Positions 8,869 through 18,808 of a stretch of 64,000 nt of DNA are shown piece after piece. Each line of letters opens with the position of its first letter. Position 1 is the first letter of the stretch. This DNA is from Novosphingobium sp. (GTDB lineage Bacteria > Pseudomonadota > Alphaproteobacteria > Sphingomonadales > Sphingomonadaceae), in NCBI RefSeq assembly GCF_020852455.1, contig NZ_JADZAT010000001.1, positions 78,476-142,475 on the forward strand. Reading direction: 5' to 3'. The notes beneath the pieces are model-generated. The model worked only from the letters and a program-made list of their open reading frames with translations, searched no databases and had not been told where the DNA came from. Both the position numbers and the translations under genes were made by a program.

Positions 8869-10875
8869 ATGCGAAACTGGCTCAGCAAATTCGGCCTCGC
8901 GGGCCTTGCACTGGCGAGCGGGGCGAGTTCTCTGCCTGCTCCAGAGCCGGACCTGGTGATCGTCAATGCCCGGATCTACACATCCGATGCCGGGCATAGC
9001 ATGGCCTCTGCCATGGCCGTTCGGGGCGGCAAAATTGTCTATGTCGGGTCCAGCGAGCACGCCCGAACCATGGTCGCACCGCGAACCGAACTGCGCGACC
9101 TTGGTGGAAAACTGGTGCTGCCGGGGCTGATTGACAGCCACATCCATCCTGAAGGGGTGATCGACTACCCGGCCTGTGACCTGCAGTCCAAGCCGCTTTC
9201 GCTGGCGCAGATTTCGCGCGAAGTGAAGGATTGCATCGCGCGCCGCAAGATCGCACCTGGTGAATGGGTGCTGGTCGATCTGTGGAACTTCTCCGAAGGG
9301 ATGCAAACCGATCCGGCGAACCCCACGATCCGCGCCGCGCTGGATGCGGCCAGCACGCAGCATCCGATCAAACTGTTCGGGCTCGATGGCCATCACTACG
9401 GTTTCAACAGCGCGGCGCTGGCCATGGCCGCACCGCGCGGCAAGCCGGTGATCGGCCTCAATGCTGCAACGCTCAAAGGCCCCTTTGCCCGCTATGCGCC
9501 TTATGTCGGCGTCGATGGTTCGGGTGAACCTGATGGCTATATCACCGAGTCCGCCGCCAAGCTTTTCCCGGCGCCCAATTCGATCGGCCCCGATCCCGCC
9601 AACCTGGGCGATGCCCCGGACCGGATCGGGCAGATGCTGGCTTCGCGCGGGATCACAGCAATCCAGGATGCCGGCGGCGGGCCGACCAATTACCGGATCT
9701 TCGATACCTTGCAGGCCAAGGACGCGCTCAACCTGCATGTCCGGTTTGCGCAGCATTTCGATTTCGATGATTTCACTGATGATAGCGGCAAGGTCGATTT
9801 CGCGCGCATGGTGGTAACTGCCGCGGCGGTGCGATCGCGCTATGCCGGCAATCCGCTGATCCGGGCCGATGCAGCCAAGCTTTATGCCGATGGGGTCCTG
9901 GAAGGAAATCCGCTGGCTTTGCCGCCGACATTGCCGACATCGCCAATGCTCAGGCCATTCCTGCAGCCGATCTTTGCCAAGGATCCACAGGGCAAGCTGG
10001 CGGTAAAGGGCTATGTTGATACCGCCAGCGCGCTATGCCGCGATACCCGGGCGCACATGGCGGAACGGATTGTCCAGGCTGGCCCGTTCATTGCCGCCCA
10101 TGGCTTTCACCCGGCGCAGTGCCGGATATCTTCAGGTACGCTTGAGCACCCGCGAGACCAGTTGCTGGAATTTGCCCGCCAGTTCCATCGTGCCGGTTTC
10201 ACGCTGCATATCCATGCAATCGGTGACAAGGCGGTGCGGGTGGCGATCGACGCGATCGAGGCGGCGCGGCGATCCGATGGAGTTTCGACCCAGCCCGATG
10301 CGATTGCCCATTTGCAGGTCATCGCACCGTCCGATATCGCGCGAATCGGGCGTGACCGGATCTATACGGCCTTCACATTCGCATGGGCCAACGCGCTGAA
10401 GGACTACGACCTGACGGTTATGCCGTTCATCGACCGGGTCAACGGCAATTCCGATGCCGCCTTCTACACAGCGCGCAATTACACTTGGCGGCAGAGTTAT
10501 CCGGCGCAGTCGGTGCTCAGGGCTGGCGGCATATTGGTCGGTGGTTCGGATGCGCCGGTTGAAACCCGCGATCCGCGTCCGTTTTACAACATCCAGTACG
10601 CGGTTACCCGTCAGCATCCGGGTCTGCCGCGGTTCAACCCGGCAGAGGCGCTGACGATCTGGCAGGCGCTTGATGCCTATACCATCAACGGAGCAAGGGG
10701 GCTGGGGCTGGGCGGACAGATCGGATCGCTGGAAGTAGGCAAGGAGGCGGATTTCATCGTGCTCGACCGTGATGTTCTGGCGCTGGCCGCCGATACGAAG
10801 GGTCGGCAGACGATCCGCGACACGCGCGTGCTGGAAACCTGGTTTGCGGGACGAAAAGTCTTCTCCGCCAACTAG
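8869..10875 (+). CDS. Secreted metal-dependent amidohydrolase (YtcJ/Amidohydro_3-like)
   Basis: Signal peptide, LPGLIDSHIH, HIHAIGD, AHLQ, GSDAP, GSLEVGKEADFIVLD. Confidence 0.88.
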   Translation: MRNWLSKFGLAGLALASGASSLPAPEPDLVIVNARIYTSDAGHSMASAMAVRGGKIVYVGSSEHARTMVAPRTELRDLGGKLVLPGLIDSHIHPEGVIDYPACDLQSKPLSLAQISREVKDCIARRKIAPGEWVLVDLWNFSEGMQTDPANPTIRAALDAASTQHPIKLFGLDGHHYGFNSAALAMAAPRGKPVIGLNAATLKGPFARYAPYVGVDGSGEPDGYITESAAKLFPAPNSIGPDPANLGDAPDRIGQMLASRGITAIQDAGGGPTNYRIFDTLQAKDALNLHVRFAQHFDFDDFTDDSGKVDFARMVVTAAAVRSRYAGNPLIRADAAKLYADGVLEGNPLALPPTLPTSPMLRPFLQPIFAKDPQGKLAVKGYVDTASALCRDTRAHMAERIVQAGPFIAAHGFHPAQCRISSGTLEHPRDQLLEFARQFHRAGFTLHIHAIGDKAVRVAIDAIEAARRSDGVSTQPDAIAHLQVIAPSDIARIGRDRIYTAFTFAWANALKDYDLTVMPFIDRVNGNSDAAFYTARNYTWRQSYPAQSVLRAGGILVGGSDAPVETRDPRPFYNIQYAVTRQHPGLPRFNPAEALTIWQALDAYTINGARGLGLGGQIGSLEVGKEADFIVLDRDVLALAADTKGRQTIRDTRVLETWFAGRKVFSAN

Positions 10876-11696
10876 CCTTTGGCGCGCAGAGCGCCCAGGA
10901 TTTGCCCCTGCAACCAGATCCGCGCCTGTGGTTCGGCAAAGCTGTGACCGGCGCCCGGGCATTTGCGCAGCCGAGGATCGGCCTTGTCCCAATGTTCGAG
11001 AAAAGCCTGCGCGGTGCGGTCATTTTCGGCGATCAAAATCGTTGCCGGGCCGGTGAAGGCCTTGAGCCCATCGGCCATCGTGGTCGCCAATGAGCTTGGC
11101 GGCGGCGCGGGCTTGACCGCATCGGCCAGGCTTTCGGCCATTTGCCGCACCTTGACCTTGCCGGTAAGCAGCCGCAGCAGCGCGCTGGGGCTGGTCAGCC
11201 GCTTCAGGTAGTGCCGACGGATTGCCGCCGGGCTCAATTGGGGCTGGGGTTCCGGTTCGGACTGGGCCTCAGGTGCCACCGCTTCCTCGACTTCAGGTTC
11301 GAACGTCCACGGGTTGGCCAGGACCAGACCGTCACAGCCCTGACCCTGGGCCAGCATCAGCGCACTGGCGGCGTCGCAGTTGCCGAAAGCAACCACGCGC
11401 TGAAGTCTTGGTACCTGTGCACGGAAGGCATCCAACGCCGCGGCGATATCGTCGCCACAATCGGCAAAGCTGGCATTGATCCCCGAGCTGTCGCCTACCC
11501 CGCGCCGGTCATAGCGCATGACCGGAAAGCCGGCGGTAGCGATTTTGTCCGCGAGCCCGGCATGGCTGCCGAACGGACCGCTGCGTAATTCGTTGCCGCC
11601 AGTCACGATCAGCAACCCGGTGCGTGCCTCGGCCAGATCGACCGTGGCGGCCAGTGTTTCGCCCTGACAAGCGAAGGTGAAATGCCGCCGGTTCAT
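10872..11696 (-). CDS. Hydrolase 1, exosortase A system-associated
   Basis: GGNELRSG, YDRRGVGDS, GNCDAAS, LANPW; position in the XrtA locus. Confidence 0.88.
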   Translation of the reverse strand: MNRRHFTFACQGETLAATVDLAEARTGLLIVTGGNELRSGPFGSHAGLADKIATAGFPVMRYDRRGVGDSSGINASFADCGDDIAAALDAFRAQVPRLQRVVAFGNCDAASALMLAQGQGCDGLVLANPWTFEPEVEEAVAPEAQSEPEPQPQLSPAAIRRHYLKRLTSPSALLRLLTGKVKVRQMAESLADAVKPAPPPSSLATTMADGLKAFTGPATILIAENDRTAQAFLEHWDKADPRLRKCPGAGHSFAEPQARIWLQGQILGALRAKG

Positions 11697-12373
11697 GCGT
11701 TCAGTCCTACGGCAACGATGGCCGCAAGTGCGTCGGCCTGGCTGGCATCCTCATCAGGTTCGGCGCGCAGCCACAACGGCCCGCCGCCAACAAGCTCGTG
11801 CTCGATCGCGGTGATGCCCGGTTGCTTGCCGGCAACCAGCGTGCCCAGCTGGCGCAGCATCTCGCCCGAAAGTGAAAAGCCCGCCAGTTCGATGCCCAGT
11901 TGCAGGCCCTGTTCCATCAGCGCATCGACATTTTCCTCACGGCCAGCCTCGCGGGCGGACAGGATCCGGGCGCGCAGCATGGTCTTGAGCAGACTGGATC
12001 CCTTGACCGGGGCATAATGCCAGCCGCCCAGCTTGGCCGGCAGGACCAGGCCGCCGCCGCGGATTGCCAGAACATGGCTAGCCTCAAAGTGCCGGGCTGC
12101 TGCCTCCAGCGCCATGCGCCAGTCCTCCGGCTCTATCAGCGCCAGGTCCTGCTCGCTCTCATTGCAGCCGGGCAGATCGGGCAGGAAGCAATCGATTCCC
12201 GAACCGTCGAGCCGACGCATCACCTCGACGGTGAAGCGCCGCAGCTTGTGGCCTTCCTCGAACAAAGCCGGGGCGATCAGCACGCGCTTTTCGCGCCCGG
12301 CATCGAAAGCCAGCGCGTATTCGCTTGCCGCGGCACCGCCGGGCAGGGGGCAGGGGTAGCTTTCGGCCTTCAC
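11693..12373 (-). CDS. Hydrolase 2-like protein, exosortase A system-associated
   Basis: ALFEEGHKLRR, PDLPGCNES, LWLRAEP; translationally coupled to hydrolase 1 and the ACP. Confidence 0.8.
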   Translation of the reverse strand: MKAESYPCPLPGGAAASEYALAFDAGREKRVLIAPALFEEGHKLRRFTVEVMRRLDGSGIDCFLPDLPGCNESEQDLALIEPEDWRMALEAAARHFEASHVLAIRGGGLVLPAKLGGWHYAPVKGSSLLKTMLRARILSAREAGREENVDALMEQGLQLGIELAGFSLSGEMLRQLGTLVAGKQPGITAIEHELVGGGPLWLRAEPDEDASQADALAAIVAVGLNA

Positions 12374-12630
12374 GCCTTGTCCCGCTTGCTCCGCGCGAAT
12401 TTCAGCAGGCTGCCATAGGTTTCGAACAGTTCGCCATCGATCTCGTCCTCGTCGATCACGATATCGAGCCGGTCTTCCATCTCGGTCAGCAATCCGGCGA
12501 CTGCCATCGAATCGAGTTCGGGCAGTTCGCCGAACAGCCCGGTTTCGGCGGTGAAATCGTCGGCCTGGCCGGGCCTGAGGCCCAGCACGTCGGAAAGGAT
12601 CGCGCGCAGTTTGCGGTCGGTGGTGTCCAT
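12370..12630 (-). CDS. Acyl carrier protein (XrtA system-associated)
   Basis: MDTTDRKLRAIL...LPELDSMAV with the DS phosphopantetheine serine; acidic, about 86 aa. Confidence 0.9.
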   Translation of the reverse strand: MDTTDRKLRAILSDVLGLRPGQADDFTAETGLFGELPELDSMAVAGLLTEMEDRLDIVIDEDEIDGELFETYGSLLKFARSKRDKA

Positions 12631-12643
12631 GGTGTCCTTGTCT

Positions 12644-13651
12644 CTAGCCTTTGCTCCGCGCCCGGCGCAAGGCCGTGCGGATGATCCGCAGCCAGTTGCC
12701 GGGCCAGCCGGGGCGATACATTTCAAGTCGATAACGCGGACGGACCTGTTCCATCCAGTCGCGCTTGTAGGCATCATTGCCGGTGCCAAAATCGACCAAG
12801 CTGACCTGGTCGCGATCGATCACCTCCTCGAACAGCGCAGCGGAGAGGGTGGTACCCGGCGAAAGCGGCTTCGATGCTTCGGTGTGCGCCAGCTTGTGAA
12901 TGAAGGCCGTGCCGTGTTCAACAGTCCAGAACTGGGCGGCAACCGCCTGCCCGTCGGCGAAGGCAAGGCCCAGGCGCAGGCGGCCGGCGGCGGCTTCGGC
13001 TTCGGCAAAGGCGCGCAGGAAATTCGGGCTGCCTTCCTGGGGCTTCCAGCTTTGCGCATAGATTGCCTCGTAGGCCGCCCAGCTGGCCGGGTTGAACTCG
13101 CGCTCGAGCGAGACAGTCACCTTGCCGGCCTTGCGCTTGAGCGTGGTGCGCAGTGGGCCGGGGCGCGAGGTGAGGTAGTCTGCGAAAGATCGATCCTTGA
13201 CTTCAAGTACATGATTCACATCGCATTGCTCGCGGAACACGACCCACCCAGCTGTGCGAAATGCCTGTTCGAGCAGAGTGGCGTCCCCATGTTCATCAGG
13301 CAGCGGAGAAAGCGTGATGCGTGGGGCCTGGCCGGCCAGGTCACGGGCAATGGCCTCAAACAGGCTCGGCCGGTCAGCGTGTTCGCTGGCGAGCGGAGCG
13401 ACCCGGAATGCGTACCAGTTAGCCAGGGCTTCGATTGCCCGGCCCTTGCGGGTAAGCGGCAGAACTGCGCGGTTTAGGCCGTCGCTGGCTACGGCAATCA
13501 GCGGGGTCAGGGCGCAGTGCTGTTCCAGGCCGCGCCACCAGGCGATCCGGTCAAACGGGGCGCGGGCCTGCGGTGCATTAAGCAATGCAGCCAGCGCCGC
13601 ATCGCCTTGCACTTCGTTAAGATCATCGTGATAGGTAACCACGATTGCCAC
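12644..13651 (-). CDS. GNAT family acetyltransferase (CelD/BcsL-like)
   Basis: LRTTLKRK, AVAAQFW, HKLAH, SPGTTL, DFGTGNDAYKRDWM. Confidence 0.85.
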   Translation of the reverse strand: MAIVVTYHDDLNEVQGDAALAALLNAPQARAPFDRIAWWRGLEQHCALTPLIAVASDGLNRAVLPLTRKGRAIEALANWYAFRVAPLASEHADRPSLFEAIARDLAGQAPRITLSPLPDEHGDATLLEQAFRTAGWVVFREQCDVNHVLEVKDRSFADYLTSRPGPLRTTLKRKAGKVTVSLEREFNPASWAAYEAIYAQSWKPQEGSPNFLRAFAEAEAAAGRLRLGLAFADGQAVAAQFWTVEHGTAFIHKLAHTEASKPLSPGTTLSAALFEEVIDRDQVSLVDFGTGNDAYKRDWMEQVRPRYRLEMYRPGWPGNWLRIIRTALRRARSKG

Positions 13652-13684
13652 AGCGAAACCCTTGCCTCCGGAGCGAATAAGTCA

Positions 13685-15208
13685 TTGTCCTGCAACGCCA
13701 ATCCAGTGGTCCGGCCGATCGATCATCTTGCCGAATGCGGTGCGGACAATGCGCCTGCACTGTTGTTGCGTGGCGGCACCCTTAACCACAAGGACTTAAG
13801 GGAACGTGTCGCTCGGTTGGCTGGATGGCTGAAAAGTCAGATTAGTGAACCCGGGGCGCGGGTGGCGAGTTGGGCGGCCAAGGGTGAGCTGACCTGCTTG
13901 ATGCCGCTAGCCGCAGCGCGTGCAGGGCTGGTTCACGTGCCAATCAACCCGCTGTTAAAGCGCACTCAAGTGGCACACATCGTACACGACAGTGGTACAC
14001 GGATGTTACTCGGCACCCCATCACGCCTCACCAGCCTTGAGCCTGGCGATTGTCCTGCCGATTGCCTGGTGATGGCTGAGGATGAAGCACTGGCCGCAGC
14101 CATGTATAGCCAGCCGCTCGGCCCCTCGGATAGCGATCCCGATGCCTTGGCGGCGATCCTCTATACCAGCGGTTCGACCGGCAAGCCCAAGGGGGTGATG
14201 CTGAGCAATGCCAACATGTGGCTGGGCGCTGACAGTGTGGCCGACTACCTTGGCCTGGCTGACGACGACGTGACGCTGGCGGTACTGCCGCTGTCATTTG
14301 ACTATGGCCAGAACCAGCTGTTCAGCACCTGGTACGCCGGCGGCTGCGTGGTTCCGCTCGATTACCTGACCCCGCGTGACGTGGTGAAGGCGGTCGAACG
14401 CCACAGGGTGACTACCCTGGCCGCCGTGCCGCCGCTGTGGGTGCAGTTGACCGAGCTGGACTGGCCGACCGAGGTCGCCGCGAACCTGCGCCGCCTGACC
14501 AATTCGGGCGGAGCACTGACGATCGAACTGGTGCGCAAGCTGCGCGGCCTGTTCCCGGCAGCGCGGCTGTTTCCGATGTACGGGCTGACCGAGGCCTTCC
14601 GATCGACCTACCTCGATCCCGCGTTGGTTGACAGCCACCCGACATCGATGGGTAAGGCGATCCCCCATGCAGAGATTCTGGTGATCGATGATCACGGTCA
14701 GGTTACCGCCGATGATGCCGAGGGCGAGCTGGTCCATTGCGGTCCGCTGGTGGCGCAAGGATATTGGCAGGATCCGGTCCGCACCGCCGAGCGTTTCAAG
14801 CCCGCGCCCGCAGCGTCGAGTTACGGCGGCATGGCGGTCTGGTCGGGTGACCGGGTCCGGCGCGACGCCGAAGGTTTGCTATACTTCGTCGGTCGCCGCG
14901 ATGCGATGATCAAGAGCGCCGGCAACCGGATCAGCCCGCAGGAAATCGAGGAAGCGGCGCTGGCCAGCGGCCTCGTTGCCGAAGCGGTCGCGCTGGGTAT
15001 CCCTGACGCGCGGCTGGGCCAGGCCGTGCACCTGATCGCCCGGCCGCTTGCCGGAATCTCAGGCTTTGAGGAAGAATTGCCACGTATCCTGTTGCAACAG
15101 CTACCCAATTTCATGCAGCCCAAGGTCATTCACTGGCGCGAAGCCATGCCGATTTCGCCCAACGGCAAGATCGACCGGACCGGTCTTTATCAGGAACTGG
15201 CGGCATGA
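13685..15208 (+). CDS. Acyl-CoA ligase (AMP-forming), exosortase A system-associated
   Basis: YTSGSTGKPKG AMP-binding motif, MYGLTEAFRST, SGDRV, PNGKIDR. Start is TTG 13685 or GTG 13706. Confidence 0.9.
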   Translation: MSCNANPVVRPIDHLAECGADNAPALLLRGGTLNHKDLRERVARLAGWLKSQISEPGARVASWAAKGELTCLMPLAAARAGLVHVPINPLLKRTQVAHIVHDSGTRMLLGTPSRLTSLEPGDCPADCLVMAEDEALAAAMYSQPLGPSDSDPDALAAILYTSGSTGKPKGVMLSNANMWLGADSVADYLGLADDDVTLAVLPLSFDYGQNQLFSTWYAGGCVVPLDYLTPRDVVKAVERHRVTTLAAVPPLWVQLTELDWPTEVAANLRRLTNSGGALTIELVRKLRGLFPAARLFPMYGLTEAFRSTYLDPALVDSHPTSMGKAIPHAEILVIDDHGQVTADDAEGELVHCGPLVAQGYWQDPVRTAERFKPAPAASSYGGMAVWSGDRVRRDAEGLLYFVGRRDAMIKSAGNRISPQEIEEAALASGLVAEAVALGIPDARLGQAVHLIARPLAGISGFEEELPRILLQQLPNFMQPKVIHWREAMPISPNGKIDRTGLYQELAA

Positions 15209-16431
15209 AGCCGCTGGGCCCGATCCCGTCCGGTTACGCCATGATCGACGGCGAACTGGCGATTGCGGGGCGTACAGCCAGCGCGCTGGTGGCCGAAGCC
15301 GGACGCACGCCGCTGTTCGTCTATTCGGGCGCGCTGATCCGCCGCCGGGTGGGCGAACTCTATGCCGCACTGCCAAACCGCGTGGCACTGCATTACGCCA
15401 TGAAGGCAAACCCTTACGGGCCGGTTCTTGAGCTGATGTCCGAACTGGTTGACGGGTTCGATGTGGCATCCGCCGGCGAACTTGAACTGGCCCTGTCAGC
15501 CGGCGTCGCGGCGGAACGGATTTCGTTCGCCGGCCCGGGCAAGCGAACCGAGGAACTTGAAGCCGCGATCCGCGCCGGAGCAACGCTTAACCTTGAGAGC
15601 GAGGGCGAGGCGATCCGTGCGCTCGAGGCCGGCCACCGCCTTGGAATTACTCCGCGTCTGGCGATCCGGGTCAATCCCGATTTCGATCTCAAGGGATCGG
15701 GCATGAAGATGGGCGGCGGGGCCAAGCCGTTCGGCGTCGATGCCGAGCGGGTTCCCGCGATGGCGCGCGAAGTGATTGCCAGTGGGGCAGAATGGCGGGG
15801 CTTCCACATCTTTGCTGGCAGCCAGGCGCTGAATGCGGAAGCAATCATCGATGCCCAGGTTCAGGCACTGGCACTTGCTGCCGACCTGTCGGAGCAGATC
15901 GACGCACCATTGCCGCATTGCAATCTGGGTGGCGGCTTTGGCATTCCCTATTTTCCCGGCGACGAAGCAATGGATCTGGCGGCGGTCGGTGCCGCGCTGG
16001 GCGAAGCGCTCGAAGCTGTCCCGCAAGTGCTTAAACACACGCAATTCTGCGTCGAACTGGGGCGTTACCTGGTTGGCGAGGCGGGCGTTTACCTGACCCG
16101 GATCGTCGATCGCAAGGTCAGCCATGGCGAGACCTTCCTGGTCGTGGACGGCGGCTTGCATCATCAGTTGGCGGCCACCGGCAATTTCGGCACGGTTGTG
16201 CGCCGCAACTATCCCGTTGCGATCGCCAGCCGGTTTGACGAACCCGGCGATGAGGAAGTCAGCGTGGTCGGGTGCCTGTGCACCCCGCTAGATCGTCTGG
16301 CTGAAAAAGGCGGTTTCCCGCGTGCGGACGTTGGCGATCTGGTCGCAGTGTTCTGCGCCGGTGCCTATGGCGCCAGCGCCAGCCCGGCGCAGTTCCTTGG
16401 ACACGGCCCCGCTGCAGAAATGCTGGTTTAA
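15205..16431 (+). CDS. PLP-dependent decarboxylase (Orn/DAP/Arg fold III), exosortase A system-associated
   Basis: HYAMKAN (PLP lysine), HIFAGSQ, LGGGFG, ELGRY, GAYG. Confidence 0.9.
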   Translation: MKPLGPIPSGYAMIDGELAIAGRTASALVAEAGRTPLFVYSGALIRRRVGELYAALPNRVALHYAMKANPYGPVLELMSELVDGFDVASAGELELALSAGVAAERISFAGPGKRTEELEAAIRAGATLNLESEGEAIRALEAGHRLGITPRLAIRVNPDFDLKGSGMKMGGGAKPFGVDAERVPAMAREVIASGAEWRGFHIFAGSQALNAEAIIDAQVQALALAADLSEQIDAPLPHCNLGGGFGIPYFPGDEAMDLAAVGAALGEALEAVPQVLKHTQFCVELGRYLVGEAGVYLTRIVDRKVSHGETFLVVDGGLHHQLAATGNFGTVVRRNYPVAIASRFDEPGDEEVSVVGCLCTPLDRLAEKGGFPRADVGDLVAVFCAGAYGASASPAQFLGHGPAAEMLV

Positions 16432-16607
16432 CCAGTAACTTGCGCCTCGTCCCAAAACGGGACCGGGTCCGGGTGAACACACAATCTGCACATAGGGCTA
16501 ACGCAATATTCACCCTTTTTTCCGATAGCGGAGACCGAATAGCCGGGTCTGCGTGTCGGGTAGGGCATGCTCACGCACAGTCGCGGCGCCGTTGAAGGAA
16601 ATGCCCG

Positions 16608-17252
16608 ATGAAAATCAACCGCTTCTCCTGCCTGCTGGCCAGCAGTGCCGTGATGAGCCTGGCGCTGACTGGATGCGCCGGTTCCGGCAGTGGTCCGCAG
16701 CTGCCGCCCGCCTCGTTCGTGGCGATGCAGGAGGGTCCGGGCGAGGATTACATCATCGGCCCGCTTGATGAGCTGACCATCTTCGTCTGGCGCAACCCCG
16801 AACTGGGCGCGAAAGTCCAGGTCCGTCCCGATGGACGGATTACTACCCCGCTGATCACCGATATGCCGGCCGTGGGCAAGACGCCCAAGATGCTGGCTGA
16901 CGACATCACCCTGCAGCTTTCGCAGTTCATTCAGGATCCGCTGGTTTCGGTGATCGTCAACAAGTTCTCTGGCACTTACAGCCAGCAGGTTCGCGTGATC
17001 GGTGCCACCGGCAAGCCGGCTTCGCTGCCCTACCGTGCGAACATGACGCTGCTTGACGCGATGATCGCAGTGGGCGGTCTTTCGGAATATGCCGCGGGCA
17101 ACCGGGCCAAGCTGATCCGCTTTGACAAGGAAAGCGGCAAGCAGAAGGAATTCGCGCTGCGTCTGGGTGATCTGCTGCGCAAGGGCGACAGCAAGGCCAA
17201 CGTCATGCTGATGCCGGGCGACGTGATCATCATCCCTGAAAGCCAGTTCTGA
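16608..17252 (+). CDS. XrtA/PEP-CTERM system polysaccharide export lipoprotein (Wza-like)
   Basis: Lipobox LTGC, YIIGPLDEL, VRPDGRITTPL, SLBB-type region. Confidence 0.92.
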   Translation: MKINRFSCLLASSAVMSLALTGCAGSGSGPQLPPASFVAMQEGPGEDYIIGPLDELTIFVWRNPELGAKVQVRPDGRITTPLITDMPAVGKTPKMLADDITLQLSQFIQDPLVSVIVNKFSGTYSQQVRVIGATGKPASLPYRANMTLLDAMIAVGGLSEYAAGNRAKLIRFDKESGKQKEFALRLGDLLRKGDSKANVMLMPGDVIIIPESQF

Positions 17253-17277
17253 GGAAAGGACGGGCCGGGGGCACACG

Positions 17278-18798
17278 ATGAGCAACATCTTCGACGAACT
17301 GCGCGCAGCGCTATTTTCGGTCTGGCATCGCCGCTGGCTGGCCCTGGGCGTTGCCTGGGGCATCTGCCTGCTGGGCTGGCTGGTCGTGGCCATGGTGCCC
17401 AACAGTTATGAATCCAAGGCGCGCATCTTTGTCCAGCTGGACGACATGCTGGCCGACGTGACCGGCGTTCCCAGCAACACCAAGCGTGACATCGAACGGG
17501 TCCAGCAAACGCTGACCAGTGCGGTGAACCTTGAAAAGGTGATCCGCGGCACGCCGATGGGCGCCGAAATTTCAAGCCCGAAGGAAATGGAAGCTACGGT
17601 GCTTTCGCTGGGCAAGAAGATCAAGGTCGAGAACGACAAGGACAACCTGTTCACGATCACTGCCACCTATGGCAACGGATCGAATTCGGATGCCGCCAAT
17701 GCCAAGATTGCGCAGGCGATTGTCCAGAAGCTGATCGATCTGTTCCGCGAGGAAAACCTTTCGGGCAACCGGGGGCAGGTCAACCAGTCGCTCGATTTCA
17801 TGGATCAGCAGCTCGCCGCGCGGCAGAAGGAACTCGACGCGGCCGAGCAGAAGAAGATCGCTTTCGAAGCCCAGAACCCCAGCCTGGCTGGTGGGGCTGG
17901 CGCCGGGATCCAGAAGCTTGAATCGATGCGCAGTGAACTGCGCGGGGTGGAAGCCGATCTGGTGGCGGCGCAAAGCGCGCTGGCTGCGATCAATGGCCAG
18001 ATTGCCGGCACGCCCAGAACGATCGCGGCGGCGGGTCCGGTCGGCGGCGCACGTGGTGCGCTGGCCGATGCCCAGGCCCAGCTCAATTCGCTGCGCGCGC
18101 GCGGGCTTACCGAAAACCACCCCGATGTGATTGCCGCCCGCAACCAGGTGAATGGCCTGCGCTCTGCGGCTGCGGCGGAAGGCGGCGGTTCGGTCGGCAT
18201 GGCCAATCCGGCCTACACCTCGCTCGAATCGATCCGGGCCGAACGCCAGGCCAATGTGCAGTCGCTGCAATCGCGGCAGGCTTCGCTGCGCCAGGAAATC
18301 AACACGCTGACCGCGCAGCAGTTCTCGAACCCCGCAGCCGCAGCCGAATATCAGCGCCTGACCCGCGACTATGACGTGCTGAAGGGGCAATACGACAAGC
18401 TGGCCCAGGACCGCGAAGAACTGAAGATCCGCGGTTCGGTTGAAACTGAACACAACGCGGTCAAGTTCCAGGTGATCGATCCGCCGACCACGCCGCGTTC
18501 GCCGATTGCCCCCAATCGCCCGCTGTTGCTGCTGGGCGTGCTGGTCATGGGGCTGGGTGCAGGGGTGGCAACCGCCTTTGCGGTTAGCCAGCTGCGCTCG
18601 ACCTTTGCCACGGCCAATGGCCTTGAAAAGGCGCTGGGTCTGCCGGTGCTGGGCGCGGTGAGCCAGGTCCTGACCGATCCGGTGCGTCAGGTCCAGGCCA
18701 AGCGCCTGCGGTATTTCTATGGCGCCTGCGCAGCCCTGGGCGGTGTTTTTGCAATCTTGCTGGCGCTTGAAATGGTCCAGCGCGGAATGGTGGCCTGA
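17278..18798 (+). CDS. XrtA system polysaccharide chain-length determinant (Wzz/Wzc N-terminal type)
   Basis: Two TM segments flanking a coiled-coil, TENHPDV, VIDPPTTPRSPIAPNR. Confidence 0.9.
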   Translation: MSNIFDELRAALFSVWHRRWLALGVAWGICLLGWLVVAMVPNSYESKARIFVQLDDMLADVTGVPSNTKRDIERVQQTLTSAVNLEKVIRGTPMGAEISSPKEMEATVLSLGKKIKVENDKDNLFTITATYGNGSNSDAANAKIAQAIVQKLIDLFREENLSGNRGQVNQSLDFMDQQLAARQKELDAAEQKKIAFEAQNPSLAGGAGAGIQKLESMRSELRGVEADLVAAQSALAAINGQIAGTPRTIAAAGPVGGARGALADAQAQLNSLRARGLTENHPDVIAARNQVNGLRSAAAAEGGGSVGMANPAYTSLESIRAERQANVQSLQSRQASLRQEINTLTAQQFSNPAAAAEYQRLTRDYDVLKGQYDKLAQDREELKIRGSVETEHNAVKFQVIDPPTTPRSPIAPNRPLLLLGVLVMGLGAGVATAFAVSQLRSTFATANGLEKALGLPVLGAVSQVLTDPVRQVQAKRLRYFYGACAALGGVFAILLALEMVQRGMVA

Positions 18799-18808
18799 GG
18801 GACAAGTC

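Noticed and set aside
8005-9756. Long antisense or alternative-frame ORFs (also 81-830, 16428-17402, 17572-18894, 19894-21690, 24676-26211, 26567-27760, 52841-54142, 60171-61085)
   Set aside because: They are shadows of well-supported genes in high-GC DNA, with no domain motifs.
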